A DNA stretch of 56,317 nt, filler included, from Platydemus manokwari (lineage: Eukaryota), in assembly GCA_037951405.1 (NCBI GenBank). It is 6 parts of 6 records of this genome, joined end to end, with 100 filler letters (N's around TTAATTAATTAA, not from the genome) between each part and the next. Parts side by side here need not be neighbours in the genome. Positions count along the whole stretch, not along the records: positions 28,272 to 37,735 come from JBBMOY011246097.1; positions 37,836 to 47,494 come from JBBMOY011221098.1; 4 more parts are not named here. The stretch is one strand, 5' to 3'. The translations under genes were made by a program, and so were the position numbers. This document shows positions 28,172-41,200 of this stretch, in pieces. The notes under the pieces are model-generated. The model saw only the letters and a list, made by a program, of their open reading frames with translations. It was not told the origin of the DNA and did not search any database. Positions within the stretch are counted from its first letter, which is position 1, and each line of letters begins with the position of its first letter.

Positions 28172-29420
28172 NNNNNNNNNNNNNNNNNNNNNNNNNNNNN
28201 NNNNNNNNNNNNNNNTTAATTAATTAANNNNNNNNNNNNNNNNNNNNNNNNNNNNNNNNNNNNNNNNNNNNTGAGAACTTTGATGATAACATTTTATGTA
28301 GTAATAATCCACTTTCGGGCATTATTAACATTAAATTTAAATATGATTATAGATAATAAATAAAATTCACTCATAAGACGAGATCCCTTTTTCTTGTAGG
28401 TAAACTTGGAAAATGCCCAAAACGATATAGCGTATTCTTTGGCTCCAACATAGTAAAACAAACCATAATTCATATGTTGATTCAGAGTTACTTAAATTAG
28501 TCCATGTCAAATAGACTACTGAAATGCGAGTTCTAGGAGAGAACAATCTAAATCACGCAGGCCAGTGTATCCAGATCAAGCGAACATGTATTCTGTGTAA
28601 GGATTTTATTTAAATTTATCAGATTTCATCACCCTTAGAGAAGATAATAGAAATTACATGGAAATTTTTCAAATTTTTCATAACTAATTTACTTAAAGAT
28701 TAAATAAAATTGTAAATAGCTTGCATAAAACAATAATAAAAGATAATAAATAATGAAAGATAAATTATAAATAAAAAGTAGCACGAAATAAAAAAACTGG
28801 AAATAAGATAAAGACTAATATAAAGACTAGATGAAAAACGTCGATAAAATTGTAAATGAAATTCAATATTCTCTTATTTGTAACGAGATGAAATTTCATA
28901 TTTAGAAGCACACATATTATAGCACTTCAGTCGTAAAATTATAGATTTCTAATCGATTCGAAAAATTACTACTGATTCACCAATAACCATTTTTATATCG
29001 TGACTGGATCGACTCTGTAGACAAAAGTATTTTATTTTTATCACCAGACACTTTTGTTTATATTTCCTAATGCAAGTTATAACTAAGAAGATAAATAATA
29101 ATCATTAATTTGTTTGGCTTGGACCTAATCCAACTAAATTATTACTAATAACAAAATTAAATGTGCAAAATCAATTTTCTTGTCTGTTGTGGTTGCAGAA
29201 TTATTAGGTTTCAACTACCAGTAACGCTATTTGCATCTAAGGTCTTACTATTCTCTAATATAAGAGAAAATAATCTTTCACGTAATAATTAATTTAAATA
29301 ATTAATTTAACTAAACAACTCCTGGTTACCTTTTATGAGTAATGTTCACTTGTCATAATTTATCGTTTGTATTTGTTTTACAATTACATTATATTAGAAT
29401 ATTTTTTTATTTATCTAGAA

Positions 29421-30111
29421 CAATGGTTTTCAACCATGGTTCCACCAGTACACTCCCGGGGTTCTGCAATTTCTGAATTTCTAAATTAAAATAACGAGTC
29501 AACATGTTGAATTCAATTTCGATAATCTATTTTATTATTATTTGTATTATTTTTATTATTATTTATTGTTTAAATATAATAAATTTAATATGATTAAACT
29601 CGCTACATTTGAAAGATCACTTTGTTCTACCATTATTAGGTTTGCTTTTATATAATTGGGTTACTGGTCGAAATGGAGTATCCTGCAATTGCCCGGAAAG
29701 CGCAACGACTTCTTGTGCAATTTTCAACCTCATATTTGTGTGAATTTAGATTTTCAGCTCTGACAACCGTCAAACACTGGAAACGAGCACAATTGATGTC
29801 TGTGGAAGATGGATTTCTTGTGTGTTTGTGAAAACACGATCGATTCTTAAAGAGTTGTGCAAGAACCATCATGCTTAAATTTCACACTGAGTTTTTGATA
29901 AGAATAGATTTAGTCTTTTCAAATATGTACAATTTTGTTTTCATTTCATCAACAAACATGTACAATACTCTGAACATAAATACTTTCATTTCATTTTAAA
30001 AAATAAGTGCTATTTTCTGCATAAAACAATTAAATTATTGCACAGTGGTTCCTCTAGCCAGAGGAATGTTTCCGTGGGGTTCCTCTCCAGTAAAAAGGTT
30101 GAAAACCACTG
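29421..30111. mobile_element. Non-autonomous hAT DNA transposon
   Basis: TIRs CAATGGTTTTCAACC / GGTTGAAAACCACTG with a perfect 8-bp target-site duplication ATCTAGAA (29413-29420 and 30112-30119). Confidence 0.9.
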
Positions 30112-30419
30112 ATCTAGAAACCCAACTATCATAATCACGTTATAATCAAATGGTTAGAACTAAAATTACTAATAGATTTTGAATCGTAAAAACTCATTAA
30201 TTTCCAAACATTTTTGAAGTAATCTTGAACTCCTTTAAATACCTTATCTAATCATAATCACAACCCATCCAAAACCGTTGCAAAGATTTTGATCGGAATT
30301 TAAATCAAAAATATAAATTATCATTTGTATTTTTTTAAAGTTATTTGGTTGGACGCACTTTATGTGATTTGACTTTTCAATTGGTTTTCAACGAATCCTT
30401 TATAAAATGGTGACTTACA

Positions 30420-33300
30420 TTGAGCAACAGAATAGTGCAGGATTCGAAAGATGTTAGGCCAACGAATTAGGCATATTGGTAAAATAAGAAGAGAATTACA
30501 CTGGTTTAGGAGACGTGGGAGACAAAGAAGATGCAAAAGATAAGGAAAATATAAAAGATAGAAAATGGAAAATATAAATACATAAATCGATAACTAGAAA
30601 ACTGAAGAAAATCAAAGATTCTAAATAAAGGAGGTTGTCAGGATTTTTAATAATTTGATAAATTAACATTTTATTTTATTAGTTAACTTCTATAAATATT
30701 TTCACTGAAATTTACTTTTGTTTTGACTTTTAAAACTCGTTTTCAATGGCATTTAACGATATCTCGTTAAATGTGCTAATGTGGTCAAACGAAACACTCA
30801 ACAAGTCAATTTAAATGTACCAATTTACAATACCACAAATGTGTTAAAGTAGGTTACGTAGTAATCAATTATCAATACAATAGAAGTAATGAAAGCATTA
30901 TTGACAATGTAAATCAAATTCTCAGATGCAGTCAATTTGTTCATTTAGGACATTCATTTCAAAGCTCACCAGTAGATGATCAAGTGCAACCGAGAGTTTG
31001 TGTAGTGTAACTCCACAGTTGTGAGCAGAAACATGTTCGACCCATACAGTTCGAACGGTTAGTACACTGGTGGAATTTGATGATGTCGGTGATCATTTAT
31101 TAGCTGTGAGATTAAGATAATTCAACCAATATCTTACTCGTCACAGTGCCGAAGCGTGGATTAGGAATCTACTTACATTAAATGCTTATGGTAACTCTAG
31201 CATTTAAGATAAAATAGACTCTATTGCTGTCTTAGTAACAGGCAAAAGATTACAGAAAACTCGGCATAGCAATAAAACACGCGTCGTAATTAATCATAAT
31301 GTTTCTACAAATGCCCTAGTTACCGACCAATCTTACAAAGGTGACAACACTTTACATACTAAACACGATTATCCTAAATTCATACAAAATCAATCAATTA
31401 TTTGAAAAATTTCATAAAAATAACTCAACAACAGGAATAGGAACATCAAGAACATCAAGAAGATTAAGATGAGTAGATATTCAATTATATATCTAATAAA
31501 ATGTCCTAAAAGCATAAAAACGATATATCAAAGACGAAATAGTACGCCAAATTTACAGTAGATTACTATAAGGAAGTTGCTTTAAGGCTTGCTGACTAAA
31601 TTTGCGAACAATTCTGACCATTTGGAACTGCAGTGCCAGGGTGCATAAGTCTCTGTGTATGAGTTATTATAAGTTATGGAATTTTCAAACAACCGATAGC
31701 TGTCTATATGCTATACAAATTCTTTGGATGCCACTAAATCACATAATACATAGAATTACAATTTATTCAAGCTTCACCAAAGAACAACGAAACATAATTA
31801 GTGGGAGTAGATCTACCAAGGATGGCTCTAACATCTATCATGTAGGAAATCAAACTTATTGCAAGAATATACTCAGGACGAGTATAAAATAATTATAAAG
31901 CAACATTCCGGGGAATAACAGCTACACAATCGCGAAGTAGAAACCAAATGAATAAGAGATTCCATCGAAATTCAATGATTGCTCAAATGATCGATTGTGC
32001 TCAATCAGCCGCATAAGAAATCATACATCTAAATGGCCCAACAATTGATATAAATAATCAAAAGACGTCGAAAAATAATCGATACTAACCAATATTGCTT
32101 CGCTGTCGGACATTCAGATATTAGAAGACTTAAACATTTGGGAATTATATAAAGAAATTGTTATGGTAACGATTATAAGATTAAATGTCTATGTATCAAT
32201 TGACACTGGAGCAGAAGGGGTTATTATTAACTCAAAAATCACAGGGGAATTTCCTAAATAATATAAATTAATGTAGATAGAATTGGAATCAGCAGAACTA
32301 CTTCATCATCTAAGAAGAAAACTCAACTATCATATACATTTATGTAATTAAGATATAATAGTTGCAGTTCGTGTAGCGTAAAATTCACCTTATGATTAGG
32401 TAATGCGACAAGAGTCATAATACATTTAAAAGATGTCTTATATTAATGTGATGCAGAGAAATTGATAATAAAAAATACTCAGAATTCTCTACAATCATGT
32501 CAATCATTTCATGTATTGCAACAGCAACTGATGGCAAAATAACAACCCGATAATGAATTCAAAAAATAAACACACAAAAAATAAGGAAACATCTAGAATA
32601 GAGAATACGCCAGTCTTTAACTGACTTATCAAATGTTATGTACCATTACAATCCAACAACAAGGACTTACCAGATCAACTTAATGAGTAAATGTAATCAA
32701 TACTTAATAAATATGAGGAAGATCTCGCAAAGCACGAATATGACTTAGGTCAATGTAATGTCCTCAAACATAAAATTGTGATTATCAATCCAAAACTAGT
32801 CAAAGGCCTCGCCCATACCTTTGGTGTTAGAGAACGAAGTAGAACAATAATTACAGGAATTAATAGACGATGGAAGAGTAAGATTTAGTCAATCTAATAG
32901 TCACCAATGGTTATAGTTAAAAAGAAAGAAGGAACAATGAGGCTCTGAATTGACCATCGTAAATTCAATGAAAAAGCAAAATCAATTGATTAATCGTAAC
33001 CTCTAATAGAAGAGATGTTAAATAAAGGATGAGTGGCACAGATATTTTGTATTCTTGATTCACAAACAGGTTTTAATAATATCATCATGGATGAACAATC
33101 TATGGAAACAGAATTATTAGAATGGACAATAATGAAATTTGAATTAAAGGTGTACCACCTAAATTCCAATACGGAATGTTTCTAATATTCATGGGATTAT
33201 CACGTGGTGTGTTGTACACATGGACAACATCATCATCTTTTCAACCAAGTTTGAAGAACACCTAGATGACCTATAACAAGTCTACTCTAGCAAATGATTT
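30420..33300 (+). mobile_element. Decayed Ty3/Gypsy LTR retrotransposon (protease and RT remnants, putative LTR 30636-31177)
   Basis: IDTGAE protease motif (~32200). RT motifs DLGQCNVLKHKI, SPMVIVKKKEGTMRL*IDHRKFN and MDNIIIFS..FEEHL occur with many stops and frameshifts. The LTR and outer boundaries are tentative. Confidence 0.8.
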
Positions 33301-33891
33301 GTACGAAAGATACAGAAATGTAAAAAAAAAATAAGAGAAATGCCAACGCATTATCCAGAGCCATTCCCCCGATGTATATGAAATCGACCAAGCTAACATA
33401 TGTCAAACTCAACAACAATTACAAAATGACATAGAAATCAGTTCACTTCAAAAAGAGAACAAAGAAATATATGAGATGACAATATGAATTTACTATTGAA
33501 ATAAGAAAATCAATAGCACGGAAACTTATGGAGTGCAGAAATCCGTATATAAAATTTTAAACATAGTCATGACAATGAGGATAAGCATAAAAATATTTTA
33601 TTATCATTACGTAATTTGTTCAAAATAATATTAAAATTAATAAAACGAGCATAAAAATCAATAATATTGTACAATATATGTACTAATACACTTCACCTTC
33701 GTTTGTAAAGAATACTTGAACTTAAATCATTTGAAAAGTTAGTGTTGACTGTGCAAACGCGTCCAATAGAAATTGCCGGACTCTTAAATTGATTTTGAGG
33801 ATACCGATCATGATGGATTATGATGATAGATTATTATAAAATTGATTGCATGAAAGTTACACACACCTACCTACACAAAATCATCCAACAA

Positions 33892-33898
33892 TATAAAA
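33892..33898 (+). promoter_or_regulatory. Putative TATA box of the GST gene
   Basis: TATAAAA about 70 nt upstream of the GST ATG, followed about 25 nt later by a pyrimidine-rich Inr-like TCACTC. Confidence 0.5.
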
Positions 33899-33961
33899 AG
33901 GACTCGCTCGTATTTCACTCATAAGTTATTTATCACATTTCGAGATAAAAACTACGTTATT

Positions 33962-34720
33962 ATGATTGGTAAGAAGGTAATGGATTTCTGTTATTTTAAT
34001 TATATAAATCTGATGATATTTGTATATAGGTTACATATTTCAATGGTAGAGGTTTGGGTGAAATAATCAGGTTGCTCTTACACGCTGCCAATGAGACATT
34101 TGAAGATGAAAGAATCGTATTTGAAACCTGGGAATCATTGAAACCTAAAATCAAGTACGGTCAATTACCAATATTGACATTGGAAAATGGAGTTCAAATG
34201 AACGAGAGTAAAGCCATTGCTAGATATCTAGCGAAGAAATTGAACCTTTACGGTAAAGATGAATGGGAAACTTATCTGATTGATCGAGCTATTGATACTG
34301 TAAATGAGTATATTAAATATCTTAAATGTAACCTTATCATCGACTCTAGATGCAAGATCTACACTTAAAAAGGGTTTTAGCAATACATGAAAAATGTGAG
34401 AAGAAAAAAGAAGAATTAACAAAAGAATTGAATGAGAAACATGTGCCACATTATCTCGAAGTGAATATTTTTTGTTTAATTTTGTGATTATTTTATTTTT
34501 TCTATTTTAGAATCTTACAAAATATCTAGAAGAAGGCAAAGGTGAATTTTTCGGTGGTTCGAGCCCCAGTCTGGCCGATTTAGTTCTGATAACTTTATTG
34601 GATAATTTACCAGAATCCAGGGCACATTTTCCAAAATTAGATAATGCTTATAAAAAGACGGTTGATAACTTTCCAGGAATAAAGAAATATCTCGAAACCA
34701 GACCGGAAACACCGTTCTAG
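33962..34720 (+). CDS. Glutathione S-transferase (sigma-class-like); exons 33962-33976, 34030-34299, 34350-34460, 34511-34720 (201 aa)
   Basis: In-frame GT-AG join gives MIGKKVTYFNGRGLGEIIRLLL...FEDERI...YGQLPIL...ESKAIARYLAKKLNLYGKDEWE...PSLADL...IKKYLETRPETPF*. The N-terminal catalytic Tyr and the sigma-type C-terminus are present. Confidence 0.93.
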
Positions 34721-37137
34721 AGCCTGTTTCAACTTCTGGTTGACATTTTGCTAGTTCTAAAAGAATTTGATAATTAAACATTAATGAGTTACTTTTGATA
34801 TGAAGATTTCATTGTGCTATAACTAATTGTTATCGAATATATGTTAAAGACTCTATTATTAGATATTATTATTATCTTTATTAATATTATTGGCAGAGTA
34901 AATATGTTATAGAATCGATATTTACCTTCTGTTTGATCATAACCTTATTCTCAATTCGATTTTATAAATTTCATTTGAGAGAGAACAAGATTTTTGATAT
35001 GTATTAAAACAGCATAAATGTGTAACAATAAATTGTTGGTTTTTTAGGTGAAACTGTTCACATTTTCAATAATAATGACAATCTTATTTTGAACTCAATA
35101 ACGATTCGTAAATAATTATTTTATCACATTTAATTTAATTTTCATGTTCAAATTCCTCTGGAATCAAGCACTTAAATTATAAAACATAAATTAAATTAAT
35201 CCATGAACTTTTTATGGATAGAAATCCAGGGCACGTCTGATTCAGTTATTTCAGCAACGTAAACACATAACAAAGAAATTGCTTAGTCATATAGTTCAAG
35301 TCAGAAATAGTCTTGCCGTTAAGCATTGTTACTAAAAATAGAAACATACTAAAATAAACAATGTTAATACAATAATGCTGACTAAGGGCATTAAATTAGA
35401 CACGAAGTGCTTAAAGGGAACATAGAGCTCTCAGTTTATAAAAATCCTTATCATTCGCTCGAAGTCGGCTTGAAACATATGAGAGACTTTATTTTAAAAA
35501 TGCTTCCTTTAAAATGAATTGGGTTTGATTAATCCATAGATTGTGAAATATGAAATCCGTATGTGATATATTTTATTAACATAAATGATTTGTACTTTAA
35601 AATCCAAAGATTCATTATCCATTATCAATTGATTAGCGGAACATTAAAAAACCCATTTAAAATCCGAAACTCACTTTATTTCTTTTTATTATCCTTTTTC
35701 CTCAACTTTTTTCTACAATTATTCCGTCATTGTTTTCTTCAGTGGTAAATCTGATTCGATATATGCATTTTCTAACTGAAAGCATCCAATTGCAAGAATT
35801 ATATTTTAAGAATTCAGCAACTTTCTTTATCGAACATCTGCGATTTAAAATAAGAACACCTTTTTATTTTTAAAGTATTTTTAAAACCTGTTTTTCTAAT
35901 ATCTTTTTAAAAATTTTTACAAAATTTCCTTTTTACAATATTTATATATTCATGATAACGAACAAAAATATAATTTTATAAAACTTCACAGTTGATTATA
36001 TTTGATTATAAAATATCACCAAATCTAAGTTTATAAGAGAATATCAAATTAAATCACACAAAGCCACGTTATTAGAATAAAGATCAAATAATCTGAACTG
36101 TCATCCAACATCATATAAGTCAAAGATCATTGGATTAATGTTGGATTGGATTTAAGTATTTTATCATTAATTTGCACTTGGATTGAAACAGATTATTAAA
36201 TTGTGTTCTACTTTCGACTTTAAAGGTCAATTTAACAATTCGTTCATGTTAAACATAGATTTTGCTGTAAAAAACTTTATCTATGTTGTCTATTTTGGGT
36301 TGCGAAATGAAGTCGTAATTAATTTGAAAACATATGATATATAAATAATAATAATAATAACAATATTATTAACAATAATAATTTTAATGGTAATAATAAT
36401 ATTAATAACAATAATCTTCGAATATAATTTTGATTTTAATTTAATAGCTTGATAATATTTTGATGATGATGACAAATATTTATGAAAGTTGTTAATCGAA
36501 ATTATTTATATTATTTTATAGACATGTCAACAATAATGCGGAATTAGGATTAAAATTGGTCGTTTTTTCTCATCAATATCATCGAACATATTTACACGAA
36601 TCACTCTATACATGAGATTTGGAATTAATACAGATTTGATGTAGATGATTGAATGTAATCGAGACATTCAATGAAAATACGATACGTTATTATAACGAAG
36701 TAGACAATCAATATCAATGTACTGGCAATATGATAGTATACATGGATTATTACAATCTAAACTTGTGTAAATATTCACCTTTGTCATGTCCATTCTCAGC
36801 TCATATAAATATTGTTTAATATTAATAAATGAACATCAAACAGACTTGGCAATGTCACTTCAAAATAGTTTTCTATGTGATTTTTCAAAGAATATTGATG
36901 AATAGATTACGGCACTCTGATTTTTTATTAAAAATATGATCAAATATTTTAACAGATATTTTATGTACATCAGTAAATAAATTTCTAATCTTTATAAACT
37001 TAATATTTATTATTTAATATTTCAGTAATTATATAAATGTTATCAGAAATACTTCTTGTTAACATCATTATTTTAGTATTATTTTTATTCAATTTTAATT
37101 GGCTAAGGTTTAAAAAGTGATTCTAAATAAATATTTT

Positions 37138-37730
37138 GGCTAAAGTTAAAAAAGGGTTAAAAATGAAATTTTAAATTTGTTGAGTGTTTTGCAAATTTCT
37201 ATATAGTTTATTTAATTATATTATATAAAAACATTTTCAATTGTTTATTTAAGTACTTAAAAAGGATTTTAGTTGTTTGAAATCAAATATTAAATAGACT
37301 AGAGCTTTAAAATATCTTAAAATTTGATTATTTGAAAAAAATGAAAAGAGCAAGTTGAATTGCAATTTATTGAAAATTAGCGAGGGCCCCTTTATTAACA
37401 TTAGAAGCAAATTGAGAAATATTCTCAATTTTTACAATTATTTTATAAGAATAAGCATAAACATTTCTGTAGTTAACTAACTCGATTTATAATTATAAAA
37501 ATATTAATTAAAAACTCAAATAATCATATAGAAGTGTTGTGAATAGAATCGAAACTCGGTTTTAAAACTGTTTTGTCACTATTAGATATCTTTAAAAACG
37601 AGGTTTTAAATGAATTATACGAATAAATCAAATAGCAGTTATAAATAAAATTAAGTTATAAAATTGTCTTATGCACGAAAATTAATTATAACAGAAGTAG
37701 GTCAAAGAACTACTTTTCTTAAAATAAGCC
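37138..37730 (+). mobile_element. MITE family A copy 3 (preceded by a short duplicate of the left end at 37101-37137)
   Basis: GGCTAAAGTTAAAAAAGGGT start, ...AAAATAAGCC end, collinear interior. Confidence 0.85.
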
Positions 37731-37945
37731 AACAANNNNNNNNNNNNNNNNNNNNNNNNNNNNNNNNNNNNNNNNNNNNTTAATTAATTAANNNNNNNNN
37801 NNNNNNNNNNNNNNNNNNNNNNNNNNNNNNNNNNNATTCATCCCCTACAGGCTATTTCTATATATTTTTAAAATAATAAATTCTTTGATTAACTTGATGA
37901 GAAAACTTATTTTTTTAATCATTTATATAATTAATTTTATTCTAG

Positions 37946-38250
37946 ATAACAATTATTTCAACAACAATTATTGGACTACCGGCAATCAGCATTATAAGTC
38001 CTTCAGTGAAGGAAAATCATCAACCATGTGGAGTGATGATATTTTGAAACCCGTTATCAATGATATTATGACAAACGAAAAGAACATTCAATTATGTGCC
38101 AATTATAGCCATAAAAACCCATTTGATGTGACATGGGTTCGTAACACAACAACAGCAGCAAATAATTATAATAATATTAACAACAACAACAATAATAATA
38201 ATAATAACACAATTATCAATAATCATAACACCAATCCTTTTAAATCCTGA
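37946..38250 (+). CDS. Terminal coding exon of a probable Numb-like endocytic adaptor (upstream exons not in this contig piece)
   Basis: T-rich acceptor (tctag) then an open frame ending ...KNPFDVTW...(Asn-rich)...TNPFKS*, resembling the xPFxxxW ... TNPF C-terminal motifs of Numb. A long 3'UTR-like sequence follows. No PTB domain is visible. Confidence 0.5.
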
Positions 38251-41200
38251 ATCTATCTAATCGTCCGGTTCATTTTCAGTACAAAGAATGTTACGTTATA
38301 ATCATTCCTTATCATCTTTATTTGCCTTTAACCCAAAGCCTTTGGGCACTTTTAATAATAAATCATTATTACAATTATCGATTAATTATTTTATTCATTT
38401 ACACACCTTTCTAATTGTGAAGATTTTTATTAATTTCGATTTTCAAATGTGACAAAAATTGTATACAAAAATTTATATAATATGATAATAAAAATAGTAA
38501 TAATGATATTGATTATCGGTGGAAATTTTCTGTGATTTTTTCCGATTGATTTCAAATATGATTGTGCGAGAGCGTATACAATTTTGTCTTTAGCTGGTAT
38601 TTATAAAAATTTTCGATATACACGCATATGTATAATACATTGCAAATTTCATTTTTATTTCCATTCGTTTCAAGATCATTATATTTTGTTATTTTTATTC
38701 GACCAATTATCTATGGGTGATCGCAGCTGATAGACAGTTTTATATGTTATTGTAATTTCTTGCTCAATGGATTTTATTCTCTTTGTGGTCAAGATATATA
38801 TTATATTGTATTTAGTAGGTTTGTTCGATTATTGTCAAATATTTGCAGACAGATAACGAGAATAAATGTTTAGCAATCATATGAATATACATATATGTGT
38901 GAATGAGATTTTTTTCTGTAACATTTTAAATAGATCATGTGATCTGTGGGTTTTATAAATATAATATTTTTTAGGAGATATTTTTATTTTGATTAAACGT
39001 GTTTGCTTTATGATGTGAAAAAACATTGTATTCGAATAATTATTCACGTTAAATTTTGATAGTAAATTGTTTACGTGTGATTGGTTAATGTTTTATTACT
39101 AGTTTTGTTTGGAATGATGTATTTTCCAAATTTTCGTGACAGTACGTGATAAGATGATGAAATTAATAATGATGATTTTTAGTTTTAGTTCATCTCAATG
39201 ATAAGATGATGTAAGATAAATGATCACCTCATTACACTGTTGGCTTATGTTGTTATTAAGGTTACTTTTTTAGTGGTCAATCTAATTTTAATTAAGTCGC
39301 CGTAGGACATCGAAACCTCAACAATTATTTTGGCCGAATCAGTGGTTTCAAATATGTTTGTCATTGCTGACCTCTTGCTATGTCTTTATTTTTTTAAAGG
39401 ACATTAATATTGGTACTCAATTTCAAATTTATTATTATAAATCTTTAAATAATTTTTTTTAATTATATACTACTTAATTTAAGTAAATAGTATATAATAA
39501 TATTAAAACAAATGTTGGCAATATATTATATTTAGACGTTGTATTAAAAAGTTTATAAGGCTTCAAGTCAATTTTCAACTAACGATACTGTGAATGTAAT
39601 AATTTGAATTGAATAAATGTAAAATTAAAAATATATTGTAGATGTTTTAAAGTTTATTAGAATTGTAAATTCCGGTATTTTACAAAAATCTACAACACCC
39701 GTGATGTTACAAATGTAATAACACTTCATAAGAAGAAAATTTTTAATTCATTATAAAACATTTAAAGAATTTTACGAATCTTGATCACGGGGAGCTTTTT
39801 AAAACCGATGAAAGAGTGCCACGGTAATCTATAATCAATCGGTAAAATTTTGGTGGTTAGTTTTATTTATGTTAACCAATTGTCGAAGTTTAGTTTATTG
39901 CCCCATCTAATTAAGCCGATATTGAAAGACTGGTTTTTTGATGAATAAGACTAGAGTGCTTATTCATATTTCTAGATCCAATATCTAGAATTTTGTATTA
40001 TGTTTTTATTATAATTGAGGTGGCCATCAATTTGACATACTTGATTGAAATTTAATTTTCAAATGAGGTTTGAAAAGCACACATGGTAATACAGTATTGA
40101 AATGTCATCAGATGTGAATTTTTCAAGAATAACGACTATTTTTTGCAGTTGAAGTTTTCTTCTGCAGATTTCTTTTATCATTTGGATTAAATTAAAAGTT
40201 TGTTTATGAACCTTATTGCTACTTGTTCCTGCTACTATCATAAATGTATGGACTTACCACCAAGACTACCTTTTCAAGCTTTTAATGCAAGTCTTAAAGC
40301 GACTCTTGACACATGTTTTGGTTTGACTATGAATATCTCAACTCATTATATTCAAACATCAGTTCTGAGAAGGTATGATCTCGCAATCCAATGAACATCC
40401 ATAAACATTTAGCAAACTATTTAACAGTGTGAATAATTCTGAATATGATTAATGCTTGTTAATGTCTACAGTAGTTTTTATCGCATTTGACTGAATATAG
40501 TGTTTTTGTCTAATATTGATTTAAAAGTTCCATTTTTGTAAATATTTGTAAAAATTTTTAAATAAAGCTCCTTTGTGAGTGGCATTATTCTTATTGTTTA
40601 AATTGAGAATATTTCAAATCTTAATCACACACTTTACAATCCACCAATCAAAATTCCCAAGGGTCAAACAAATAACAATATATCTGTCCAAAATGAATAG
40701 ATAATAAGTAACCATGAGCATTACTTCATAAACATTTACTCTCAATACCAACTAGAAGAATGATTTATTCACATTATATTGAAAATTTTACTTTATTTAG
40801 AGTTTATTTATCTAAATAATAATACAGTGTAATTAAGTTTTCCACTTATAAAAATCAAGGCTTAGCATATGTTACAGTGGAATTACAATTATACAGCTTA
40901 TCTCGATGCTACAAAATATTATTGGAGGGTCGAATAACTTTTAAATATCAATGACTTTCAAAATGGATTTAAGATTTTCATTGAAAATAAATGCATTTTA
41001 TAGCAATATTTTAAACAAATTTAGGAAGCGGGTAATTTGAATTATCGATTATAGATTATTCTCTCAAAGGATATATTTGAATTATCACTTTCTATAAGAT
41101 TACAATATTAGTTTTGAAAAATCATTTAATTTCGTCGTACAATAACAGTTTATGAAGCAAGATTTAAAAATCTGAAGACAGTAACGACAAAATTCTATGA

